A stretch of 41,558 nucleotides of DNA from assembly GCA_014879865.1 (NCBI GenBank), contig JACSRG010000691.1, positions 1 to 41,558 on the forward strand. The letters are read 5' to 3'. The notes under the pieces are model-generated. The model was not told where the DNA came from. It worked only from the letters and a program-made list of their open reading frames with translations, and ran no database searches. Origin of the DNA: Anaerolinea sp. Lineage in GTDB: Bacteria; Chloroflexota; Anaerolineae; Aggregatilineales; Phototrophicaceae. Below are positions 1 through 8,365 of the stretch, piece by piece (positions within the stretch are counted from its first letter, which is position 1; each line of letters opens with the position of its first letter). The position numbers and the translations under genes were made by a program.

Positions 1-86
1 GGGCGGCGGACGAGCTGGCGTAAAGCGCTGGTCAGCGCGTTGGACTTGGTTGTCTCGGCTGCTGTCGTATTAGGCGTAGTTGTCAT
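1..86 (-). CDS. Probable ABC transporter permease (DppC/OppC-like), N-terminal fragment running off the window edge
   Basis: ATG at 86 opens MTTTPNTTAAETTKSNALTSALRQLVRR..., directly downstream of a family-5 solute-binding protein gene. Product is inferred from position only. Confidence 0.5.
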   Translation of the reverse strand, partial: MTTTPNTTAAETTKSNALTSALRQLVRR

Positions 87-96
87 CAGTCGTCAG

Positions 97-124
97 GTAG
101 GGGCATGCTACAACATGCCCCTAC
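97..124. repeat. GTAG-type REP-like palindrome
   Basis: GTAGGGGCATG-CTACAA-CATGCCCCTAC: perfect 11-bp inverted repeat beginning with GTAG, intergenic within an operon. Confidence 0.7.
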
Positions 125-134
125 ATAACCCAAT

Positions 135-1685
135 TTAGCTGCCAAGCGAGACAGTACGGAAGTCAGTCGCACCGGGGAAGGGTGCCATCGTCAAGTTCTG
201 GACGCGGGCGCTCGTCGCCCCGAACAGCGGCGCAAAATAGGGGATGATGATCGGTCCCCGTTCGCGGAAGATCGTGCTGATCTGCGCGTAAATGGCGCGC
301 CGCGCTTCGTCGTCGGTCGTCTGACGGGCTTCCGCGACCAGCGCTTCGACTTCAGCATCGACAAAGCGGGTTTCGTTGAAGCCGGTAGCAATACCGGACT
401 CGATGTAGGCTTCGTTCAGCAGAATTTGCGGCGTGGGACGCGCGCCCCACCCGGTGATGCCCAACTGCACGTCGAAGTAATTGTCCGGGTTGGTCGTGTC
501 GTAATAGTAGCCTTCTTCGCGGATTTGAATATCCACGTTGATGCAGCCGGTTTCCGCCCACATCTGCTGGAGCGCTGCCGCGAGATCGGGGTACTCGAAA
601 GCATTCGGTGCGTAGAGCGTCGTTTCGAGCGGATTCGCGCCCGCTTCGGTCAGCAGCTCACAGGCGCGGGCAGGGTCATATGGTTGATTTTCCACCGAGC
701 CGTCATAGAAGTACGAGAAAACCGGCGCAACCGGGTCATTGTTGCCGACCACGCCGCGCCCTTCGAGCAGCAGATCGTTGAGGAAATCGCGATCCGTCGC
801 GAACTTGAGCGCTTCCATCACACGCGGGTCTGCGCCAAGCGAACCCTCGTCGGTGCGGATGCGAATGACCGGGTGCTGGCTGGTCGCGATTTGCAGCAGG
901 TTCACGCCCTCAGCGCCTTCGATGCGGCTGACCTGCTGGCTCGGCACTTTGAAGATGAAGTCGAGTTCACCGCTGATTAGCGCATCGACCTGCGCGACCG
1001 GATCGTCAATGTAGATATGTTCCATCCCCCCCAGCGCCGGGACGCCGGGCTGCCAGTAATTCGGGTTGGCAGTGAGGACGGCGCGCGCGCCGGGGTCAAA
1101 CGACGACAGCACGAAGGGTCCCGTCCCGTTAAAGTTGACATACGGAGTATCGCCTTCCACGATCACGTTCGGCTGCGCTTGCCCGTCCTTGACGATCAAT
1201 GCCTGCCGCGCGCCGACGCCGTACAGAAAATCGGCGTTCACCGCGCTCAGCGTGAAGACGACCGTCGAGGCGTCCGGCGCGGAAACCTCAAATGTGCCGA
1301 GCAGGTTGAGCGCCGGTGACGAGACTTCCTTGAGGCGGTTAAAGGTGTAGACGACATCCGCCGAGGTGAATGCCGACCCGTCATGGAAGGTCACGCCTTC
1401 CGCCAGCGTGAAGGTATAGGTCAGCCCATCGTCGCTGATCGTCCAGTCGGTCGCTAGATTGGGGGCGATGGTGGCGTCGGGCAGCACTTCGACCAGATAG
1501 TCGTAGATCGCCCGGTTGAGCGCGGTTTCGGGGTCGTTCGTATGCAGTGCCGGATCGAGGACGACGGGGGCATTCATGCCCACGCGCAAAATGCCTGCAT
1601 CTTGGGCGCTGACCGACAGCCCTGCCAGCAGCAGGGTCACGATCAACGCGAAGAGAAAGGTCTTCATAGACTTACGAAACGCCAT
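135..1685 (-). CDS. ABC transporter substrate-binding protein, family 5 (peptide/nickel, DppA/OppA-like)
   Basis: Signal peptide (MAFRKSMKTFLFALIVTLLLAGLSVSAQD); SBP_bac_5 motifs PNLATDWTISDDGLTYTFTL, FHDGSAFTSADV, GTGPF; GGAGG RBS upstream of ATG 1685. Confidence 0.93.
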   Translation of the reverse strand: MAFRKSMKTFLFALIVTLLLAGLSVSAQDAGILRVGMNAPVVLDPALHTNDPETALNRAIYDYLVEVLPDATIAPNLATDWTISDDGLTYTFTLAEGVTFHDGSAFTSADVVYTFNRLKEVSSPALNLLGTFEVSAPDASTVVFTLSAVNADFLYGVGARQALIVKDGQAQPNVIVEGDTPYVNFNGTGPFVLSSFDPGARAVLTANPNYWQPGVPALGGMEHIYIDDPVAQVDALISGELDFIFKVPSQQVSRIEGAEGVNLLQIATSQHPVIRIRTDEGSLGADPRVMEALKFATDRDFLNDLLLEGRGVVGNNDPVAPVFSYFYDGSVENQPYDPARACELLTEAGANPLETTLYAPNAFEYPDLAAALQQMWAETGCINVDIQIREEGYYYDTTNPDNYFDVQLGITGWGARPTPQILLNEAYIESGIATGFNETRFVDAEVEALVAEARQTTDDEARRAIYAQISTIFRERGPIIIPYFAPLFGATSARVQNLTMAPFPGATDFRTVSLGS

Positions 1686-1739
1686 GTGTGCCTCCATTTG
1701 ATTGGAATTTGAGTCGCGCAAAGCGTCGGGAATGCCCGC

Positions 1740-3722
1740 TTATTCAACGACAGACGCGTGAAGTTCCAGTAACTTTACCCCTTGCTGCACGGATTGCCCG
1801 ATCTGAAAGTGGATTTCGGCGACAGTTCCGGCGAAGGGTGCCTTAATGCGATGCTCCATTTTCATCGCTTCGATGATGAGCAGAACGTCACCTTTGGCAA
1901 CCGGCTGACCCGCTTCCACGTTGACGCGGATGACCTGTCCGGGCATCGGTGCGCGCAGTGAACCTTCCGATTCTTCGGCTGTTTTGCCTGCCGGAAGCGG
2001 CGACAGCCACGTCAGTTGGAATGTACCGGCTGAACAGTGTACCCACCAGCCATCATGATCATCGTCTATGACGGTTACGCGTTGGCGATGCCCATCGACG
2101 GCGAGATCAAGCTGGTGTTCGTGAAGTGACCACGCCTCTACATGATGCTGCACCCCATCAATGTGAACGTCAAAATCGCTCCACTTGGATTTATCGATGG
2201 GGCGGGGCGCAAGTAACACCATTTTCGCTTGCGTCTCGTGTTTGAACGTGTGCTTGATCGGGCGGTAGGGATTGTTGCGCCAATGCGCCGAAGTGTCGCC
2301 CGTTTTCGCCAGCGCCGCCGCGATCCACGCGACGAGCGGGGGCGGCGGCTCATCCGCCAGCAGTTCGGGGTGCTGGTCGATAAATTCGGTGCTGATGTTC
2401 CCCGTGACGTAATCCGGGTGGTTGAGAATACGCCCCAGATAAGTGATATTCGAGCGGATGCCGAACAACTGCGTTCGTGCCAGCGCGTGATCAAGGCGAC
2501 GGATCGCGTCTTCGCGAGTATCACCGTGTGCGATGATCTTTGCAAGGGTTGGGTCATAGTAAACGGTCACAGGATCGCCGGAGCGAATGCCCGAATCCAC
2601 AATTACCTTTGACCACGCCCAGAGGCGTTTGCTGTCGTTCAGGTGATGGTTTGGCGGTTCGCGCCACAGCAGTACATCGCCGGAAACGGGCAGAAAGCCA
2701 TTGAACGGGTCTTCCGCATATACCCGCGCTTCGACAGCGTGACCATAGCGGTTGATGTGTGGCGGGAGGAATCCGCCGGATGCGACTTCGATCTGCAAGC
2801 GCACGAGATCAAGCCCTGTCACCATCTCCGTGACCGGATGCTCGACCTGCAAGCGCGTGTTCATCTCCATGAAGTAGAAGTTCTTGTCTTGGTCAAGGAT
2901 GAATTCGACCGTGCCCGCGTTGACGTAGCCGATCTGCCTGCCGACGGAGACCGCCGCTTCGCACATGCGCTGACGTAAATCGTCGTCCAGCGCAGTGGAC
3001 GGGGTTTCTTCGATGATCTTCTGGTGGCGGCGCTGGATCGAGCACTCGCGCTCGCCCAATGCGATCACATTGCCGTATGTGTCGCCGAATATCTGGATTT
3101 CGATGTGGCGCGCGCGTTCGATGTACTTCTCTAGGATGAGCGTATCGTCGCCGAAGGCGGCGAGTGCTTCGCGGCGCGCTCCGGCGAGCGCTTCAGACAT
3201 TTCTTCGAGTGAATCGACGCGGCGCATCCCCTTGCCGCCGCCGCCCGCCGCCGCCTTGACCATGATCGGACAGCCGATCTCGCCTGCGGCTGCGATCAAC
3301 GCTGCATCGGATTGATCCGCCCCGCTGTAGCCCGGCACGAGCGGGATGTCTTTGAGCAGCAGCTTGGCGCGGCGCTTGTCCCCCATCGCTTCGATGGCGG
3401 CGGGCGTGGGACCCACCCAGATCAGCCCGGCGTCGATCACCGCTTGGGCGAACGCCGCGTTTTCGGCAAGAAAACCATAGCCGGGGTGAACGGCGTTTGC
3501 GCCCGTGCGCTCGGCGGCGGCGATGATCTTCGGGATGCTGAGATAGCTGTCTGCTGCCGCGCTTGCGCCGATGTGAACGGCTTCATCCGCCAGTTCGACG
3601 TGGAGCGCGCGGGCATCGGCATCGGAATACACGGCGACGGTGGCGATCCCCATGTCACGGCAGGTTTTGATGATGCGACAGGCGATCTCGCCCCGGTTGG
3701 CAACCAGTAACTTTCGGATCAT
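1740..3722 (-). CDS. Biotin-dependent acyl-CoA carboxylase alpha subunit (biotin carboxylase + BCCP; AtuF/LiuD-like)
   Basis: KLLVANRGEIA, HPGYGFLAEN, GGGGKGMR, RECSIQRRHQK, EMNTRLQVEHPVTE and the biotinyl motif EAMKME; start taken at ATG 3722 with GAGG RBS. Confidence 0.95.
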   Translation of the reverse strand: MIRKLLVANRGEIACRIIKTCRDMGIATVAVYSDADARALHVELADEAVHIGASAAADSYLSIPKIIAAAERTGANAVHPGYGFLAENAAFAQAVIDAGLIWVGPTPAAIEAMGDKRRAKLLLKDIPLVPGYSGADQSDAALIAAAGEIGCPIMVKAAAGGGGKGMRRVDSLEEMSEALAGARREALAAFGDDTLILEKYIERARHIEIQIFGDTYGNVIALGERECSIQRRHQKIIEETPSTALDDDLRQRMCEAAVSVGRQIGYVNAGTVEFILDQDKNFYFMEMNTRLQVEHPVTEMVTGLDLVRLQIEVASGGFLPPHINRYGHAVEARVYAEDPFNGFLPVSGDVLLWREPPNHHLNDSKRLWAWSKVIVDSGIRSGDPVTVYYDPTLAKIIAHGDTREDAIRRLDHALARTQLFGIRSNITYLGRILNHPDYVTGNISTEFIDQHPELLADEPPPPLVAWIAAALAKTGDTSAHWRNNPYRPIKHTFKHETQAKMVLLAPRPIDKSKWSDFDVHIDGVQHHVEAWSLHEHQLDLAVDGHRQRVTVIDDDHDGWWVHCSAGTFQLTWLSPLPAGKTAEESEGSLRAPMPGQVIRVNVEAGQPVAKGDVLLIIEAMKMEHRIKAPFAGTVAEIHFQIGQSVQQGVKLLELHASVVE

Positions 3723-3735
3723 GAATTCCTCGCAG

Positions 3736-3786
3736 TAGGACTGAGGTATTCGGATGTGGTCGAGCTGCACTCAGTCCTCAGTCCTA
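3736..3786. repeat. Intergenic inverted repeat with a tandem heptamer
   Basis: TAGGACTGAGG (3736-3746) pairs with CCTCAGTCCTA (3776-3786); CTCAGTC occurs twice in tandem at 3770-3783. Confidence 0.6.
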
Positions 3787-4566
3787 TTCTTCTGTCCATG
3801 TAGGCGGACGCTTGGCGCGGAAGGCTGCCATACCTTCTTGCCCCTCCGGGCTGAGGCGCAGCGTGTTCAGCAGGCGCGCACGATAGGAAAGTGACTCGTC
3901 GAGCGACTGCGCCGTAACTGTGTGGATCAACTGCTTGCACGCTGCCAACGCGGTTGGGCTGCACAGCTTGATCTGATCCAGCACAGCTTGCACACATTCG
4001 TCGAGGATTTCGGGCGGGCAAACCTCGTTGATCACGCCGTATTCGTGCGCGCTGACCCCATCGAAGCGTGTTCCGGTCAGCATCAGCAGCCGCGCCCGTG
4101 CCAAGCCAATCCGCTCGATGACGTAGGGCGAGATCAGCGCAGGGACGAGCCCCAGTCGGACTTCAGGCATTCCGAATTCGGCAGTGGTAGCGGCGATGGC
4201 GATGTCCGAGACGCAGGCAAGTCCAAACCCGCCGCCAAGCGCTGCACCCTGTATCTTGGTGATGACGACTTTGGGCGACTGGTTGATGTGGCGCATGACG
4301 GTATCGAGCCGCCCGACGATGTGTTCCTGTTCTTCGGGCGTCAGACCGGGCTGCTGCAAGTCGCTCAGGTCACCGCCAACGCAGAAATTGCCGCCCGCGC
4401 CGCTGATGACAATGGCGCGCACGTCACCCATCTCGTTGATTTGCAGCATGGCTTCGAGCAGTTCGCCGGTCATGGCGAAGTTCATGGCGTTCATCCGCTC
4501 CGGGCGGTTGAGCGTCAGGTAAGCGAACGGGGGTTGTACATCCAGCAGCAGGGTTTGAAATGCCAT
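3784..4566 (-). CDS. Enoyl-CoA hydratase/crotonase (AtuE/LiuC-like glutaconyl-CoA hydratase)
   Basis: LNRPERMNAM, FCVGGDL, GAALGGGFGLACVSD, FGMPEVRLGLVPA, EGQEGMAAF. Confidence 0.9.
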   Translation of the reverse strand: MAFQTLLLDVQPPFAYLTLNRPERMNAMNFAMTGELLEAMLQINEMGDVRAIVISGAGGNFCVGGDLSDLQQPGLTPEEQEHIVGRLDTVMRHINQSPKVVITKIQGAALGGGFGLACVSDIAIAATTAEFGMPEVRLGLVPALISPYVIERIGLARARLLMLTGTRFDGVSAHEYGVINEVCPPEILDECVQAVLDQIKLCSPTALAACKQLIHTVTAQSLDESLSYRARLLNTLRLSPEGQEGMAAFRAKRPPTWTEE

Positions 4567-4569
4567 CGT

Positions 4570-4881
4570 TTATTCCCATTCCATGTAGAGCAAAGCACCA
4601 GCCAGCGATTTGCCGAGTCCGTCGATGCGAAGTGAGCGCGTACCGCCGCCGTCCAGCGCATCGACCAGCACGAAATTCAGGGCTTCGATGTTGTCCAAGT
4701 CGTAGCGCCGGACTTCTCCGCGCACGAGGTCGCCGAAATGCGCCTTAACGCGCTCGGCGGTCAGCTTGCTTTTGATTTCGGCGTAGGCTTCAGGCGAACG
4801 CGCGATCACACTGATGTTGGCGATGTTCCCCTTGTCGCCGGAACGCCCATAGGCTAAGTCGTAAAGTCGTCTCATGCTCAT
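4570..4881 (-). CDS. AtuA C-terminal-domain-like small protein
   Basis: RLYDLAYGRSGDKGNIANI...ALNFVL...LDGGGTRSLRIDGLGKSL matches the AtuA C-terminal module; 4-nt ATGA overlap with the upstream gene. Confidence 0.85.
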   Translation of the reverse strand: MSMRRLYDLAYGRSGDKGNIANISVIARSPEAYAEIKSKLTAERVKAHFGDLVRGEVRRYDLDNIEALNFVLVDALDGGGTRSLRIDGLGKSLAGALLYMEWE

Positions 4882-6233
4882 ACCTCGAAATAGCTGATCT
4901 GGGTTTGGACGAGTTCACGCGGTAGGAGCGCCGCCCACAAGCCGACCACGTAGCGCGGATCAGCGCCGACGGTCGTGCCGCTGACGCTCATCCCGGCGGG
5001 GCAGCTTAACCCGTTCGCCATAACGCGGCGTACCGCCGTTTTGAGCGTTTCCTGATCGCCAGCGGTGAAGGTCACACGCACGATGATTTCCAGCGGATCG
5101 GGCGGGAGTATCCCCAAGCTCCCGAACAGGCTGTTCATCCCCAAGTAGTGGTATTCCACGCGATCAATGGGCAGCCCCTTCCACGACTCGGCGATCATCG
5201 CCTTGAGCTGATCGACTTTCAGCCACGCCTGCGGGTAGCCGAGCGTGAAGATCAGTTCGCGCATGAAGCCTTCGAGCCGTCCCATGTTGAGCTTGAGCGA
5301 TTCCGGACGCGGCTTACCTGTGACGCCGGTCACGCGTACTTGGTTTGCGCCAATGGCTTCAAGGCGCAGTGTGGTGAAATCGGCGATCACGTCCGGCGTG
5401 ATATAGTGCGCCGGATCGTGGATTTCGTAGAGAAGCTGTTCCTTGACCGTTTCGACGCTGACGCAGCCGGACGTATCCGGCGTCTTGGTGATGACGAAAC
5501 TGCCATCCGCTTCGACATGGGCAATCGGGTAGCCGAGGAAGGGCAGATCAAGCGGATCGAGCGAGTCGATCACCGCGAGGCTGTTGCCGCCCACCACCTG
5601 CCCGGTGCATTCGAGCAAATGCCCGGCGACGATTCCCGCCGCCAGCCGATTCCAGTCGTCCAATGACCAGCCGTAATGCGCGATCAGCGGCGCGAGGTAC
5701 AGGCAGGGATCAGCGACGCGACCGGTGATCACCATATCCGCACCGCTGCGCAGCGCCTCGACAATCGGCTGCGCACCAAGATAGACGTTGGCGGTGACGA
5801 AGTTCTGATTTGCTGCGTCCGCCAAGCGTTCGCCGGTGTCGATGTTGGTCAAGCCGGACGCCTGAAATTCGCCCAAGCGATCCAGCACATCATCCCCGGT
5901 CACGGCGGCGATCTTGATGCCGGTCAAGCCGAGTTTGGCTGCCGTCTCGCGTACCATCTCCGCTGCTGCCAGCGGATTCAAGCCACCGCCGTTGGTGATC
6001 AGCGGTATTTTGCGGGCGAATGCCTTCGGCAAAATCTGACCGGCGATGATGCGCAGGTCAAACGTGTAGCCGCGCGTCGGGTTAGCAAGGCGATCCTTTT
6101 GCAGAATCGCCATCGTCAGTTCGGAGAGCGCCTCGAAGCAGACGACATCGACGTGCCCGCCTTCGATCATCGGGAGCGCGCGCGTCACGTCGTCGCCGTA
6201 GAATCCTTGTGCCGAGCCAATTCGATATGCCAT
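4878..6233 (-). CDS. atuA: Acyclic terpene utilization AtuA family protein (DUF1446)
   Basis: RIGSAQGFYGD, FEALSELTMAIL, NGGGLNP, ANVYLGA, ITGRVADP, GHLLECTGQVVGGN, EQLLYEIHDPAHYITPDV. Confidence 0.9.
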   Translation of the reverse strand: MAYRIGSAQGFYGDDVTRALPMIEGGHVDVVCFEALSELTMAILQKDRLANPTRGYTFDLRIIAGQILPKAFARKIPLITNGGGLNPLAAAEMVRETAAKLGLTGIKIAAVTGDDVLDRLGEFQASGLTNIDTGERLADAANQNFVTANVYLGAQPIVEALRSGADMVITGRVADPCLYLAPLIAHYGWSLDDWNRLAAGIVAGHLLECTGQVVGGNSLAVIDSLDPLDLPFLGYPIAHVEADGSFVITKTPDTSGCVSVETVKEQLLYEIHDPAHYITPDVIADFTTLRLEAIGANQVRVTGVTGKPRPESLKLNMGRLEGFMRELIFTLGYPQAWLKVDQLKAMIAESWKGLPIDRVEYHYLGMNSLFGSLGILPPDPLEIIVRVTFTAGDQETLKTAVRRVMANGLSCPAGMSVSGTTVGADPRYVVGLWAALLPRELVQTQISYFEV

Positions 6234-6240
6234 TGGACAG

Positions 6241-7449
6241 CTAGTCTTTCTTGCGCGGCGGTAACATGTCTTCGAGTTTGGCGATGATGCCGAGCATCAC
6301 CTCGTCCGCGCCGCCACCGATGGAGAGCAGGCGCGCGTCGCGGTAGTAGCGCGAGATCGGCGTCTCTTCCATGTAGCCCATGCCGCCGTGAAACTGCATA
6401 CACACATCGCCAACTTCGCGCGCTAGGCGTCCGGCTTTCAACTTGCACATCGACGCCAGTTTGACGACTTCCAGCGAGGTTTCATCGACTGCCATCAGGC
6501 TGGCGGTGTAGTAGTTCAACTGGCGCAGCGCTTCGATCTCGGTCAGCAGTTCGCACAGCTTGAAGTGAATCCACTGGTTGTGGATAAGCGGCATCCCGAA
6601 GGCTTGACGTTCGCGCAGATAGTCAATCGTGCGGCGGAGCGCGCGCTCCATGCCTGCTGTCGCACTCAACGCGCCGACGAGCCGCTCGCGCTGGAACTGC
6701 TCCATCTGCATGTAGAAGCCCATGCCTTCTTCGCCGATGCGATTGGACTTGGGGACGCGCATGTCCTCGAAGCTGAGCACGGCGGTATCGCTCGAATGGT
6801 TGCCCATCTTGTTGAGTTTCTTACTGACGATAAAACCGGGGGTATCGGTCGGCACCATGATCAGCGACATGCCTTTGTAGCCCGTCCCCGGCGACGTTCG
6901 CGCTAACAAACACACCCAGTCGGCTTGTGTGCCGTTGGTGATGTACATCTTGCTGCCGTTGATCACGTAGCTGTCGCCGTCGGATTCAGCGCGAGTGATG
7001 ATCCCGGCAACGTCCGAGCCTGCGCCGGGTTCGGTTACGGCAATCGCGCCGACCATCTCACCTTTGAGCGCCGGGACGAGAAAGCGCTGCTTGAGCTCAT
7101 GTGACCCGTATTTCGCCAGCGCGGGTGTACACATATCCGTGTGGACGCTGATGCCCATCGGCACGCCTGCCACATCGCAGCGACCGAGTTCTTCCATCAG
7201 CACGACGGTGAACCAGATGTCCGCGTTCGCGCCGCCGTATTCTTCGGCGTAGCTCAGACCGAGAAAGCCGAGATCGCCCATTTTCTTGAGGACTGCATGC
7301 GCGGGGAAAATGCCCGCCGCTTCCCATTCGTCGGCGTGCGGGTTGAGTTCGTTCTCGACAAAAGCACGCACGGCTCTGCGGAACATGTGATGTTCTTCGG
7401 TGAAAGGTTGGTACGGTTGCGCCTGCTTGGACTGCGTATCAAGAACCAT
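6241..7449 (-). CDS. Acyl-CoA dehydrogenase, AtuD/citronellyl-CoA dehydrogenase-like
   Basis: AVTEPGAGSDV, GSKMYITNG, QFQRERL (LCAD/AtuD-type catalytic Glu), QFHGGMGY, RLLSIGGGADEVM. Confidence 0.92.
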   Translation of the reverse strand: MVLDTQSKQAQPYQPFTEEHHMFRRAVRAFVENELNPHADEWEAAGIFPAHAVLKKMGDLGFLGLSYAEEYGGANADIWFTVVLMEELGRCDVAGVPMGISVHTDMCTPALAKYGSHELKQRFLVPALKGEMVGAIAVTEPGAGSDVAGIITRAESDGDSYVINGSKMYITNGTQADWVCLLARTSPGTGYKGMSLIMVPTDTPGFIVSKKLNKMGNHSSDTAVLSFEDMRVPKSNRIGEEGMGFYMQMEQFQRERLVGALSATAGMERALRRTIDYLRERQAFGMPLIHNQWIHFKLCELLTEIEALRQLNYYTASLMAVDETSLEVVKLASMCKLKAGRLAREVGDVCMQFHGGMGYMEETPISRYYRDARLLSIGGGADEVMLGIIAKLEDMLPPRKKD

Positions 7450-7467
7450 GTTTTTCCTTTCAAGGTA

Positions 7468-8157
7468 CTATTTTGCGCTGATGATGGTGCTGGTGACTTC
7501 TCCGTGTGCATACTGCGGCAAGAGGGTGGTGAGATCGCGGACAGCCGCCGCGACGTCCTGTGCAGCCGAGGCGTGATGCGCCTCGACGGTCACAATAGCA
7601 TCGGTCGTATCGTTCCGCGCGGCGCTTTCGTCGCTTTGACGCCAGCACCAGCGGCGCGCGAAGACCAATCCGCTGTCATCGGCGAAGATTACTTCGTCCG
7701 ATTCGGGGTGATCGACTTCGGTTTGACCCAAGTTCGTGAAGCGTTCGCTTCCATCGGCGAGGCGAACCGTGATCGTATTTGCCGCTGCACGGGTATCGAG
7801 GATCGCCACCGGGACGGCATAGCGGATGCTGACCAGATTGCCGAGATCGACCAGCGTGTTGATGCTCGGAATGTCGCCCTGTTTGGTCAAGCGGCGAAGC
7901 AGCGCTTCGCACGCGCTGCGAATCTGCGTGGGATCAACCCCGAAGCTGCGAAAGACGCTCCGCCACGCCGCCAGCGACTCGATCTGGCTCAACGGCGTGC
8001 TGCCGATGCGCTGAATCACGGTTTGCTGCTCGGCGCGGTACAGGTCGAGCAGTTCGGGCGGGGTAGGGCGATTAGTCAAGCCGTGTGCGGTGATCACCCC
8101 GGCGACGAGGTTCGGGTAGCGCTTGAGGATTTCGGGGTGATATTGAAAGCTGCTCAT
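7468..8157 (-). CDS. Stand-alone B3/4 (PheRS beta editing-domain-like) protein
   Basis: AWRSVFRSFGVDPTQIRSACEALLRR, PSINTLVDLGNLVS, PESDEVIFADD, RRWCWRQS; ATG 8157 overlaps the upstream TGA. Confidence 0.88.
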   Translation of the reverse strand: MSSFQYHPEILKRYPNLVAGVITAHGLTNRPTPPELLDLYRAEQQTVIQRIGSTPLSQIESLAAWRSVFRSFGVDPTQIRSACEALLRRLTKQGDIPSINTLVDLGNLVSIRYAVPVAILDTRAAANTITVRLADGSERFTNLGQTEVDHPESDEVIFADDSGLVFARRWCWRQSDESAARNDTTDAIVTVEAHHASAAQDVAAAVRDLTTLLPQYAHGEVTSTIISAK

Positions 8158-8360
8158 TGAGGACGTTTCATCCCTCTCTCCGACAGGATTCCGACGACGA
8201 CCAGTAAGATCAAACCGCCGCAGCACACGAGGCTGACAGTACGTCCCGCCTCCGACGTAAAGAAGGCGCATAACCCGACCAGTACCATCGCCGCGAGTAT
8301 GATCCAGAACACGGCGCGGGAGCTGCGCGAAAAGTTTCGATAGCGATCATAGTAACGCAT
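8154..8360 (-). CDS. Small two-TM membrane protein (68 aa), unknown function
   Basis: Two hydrophobic stretches with basic termini; fills the gap exactly (5 nt after the Uma2 stop, ATGA overlap with the B3/4 gene). Confidence 0.7.
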   Translation of the reverse strand: MRYYDRYRNFSRSSRAVFWIILAAMVLVGLCAFFTSEAGRTVSLVCCGGLILLVVVGILSERGMKRPQ

Positions 8361-8365
8361 TGTAT

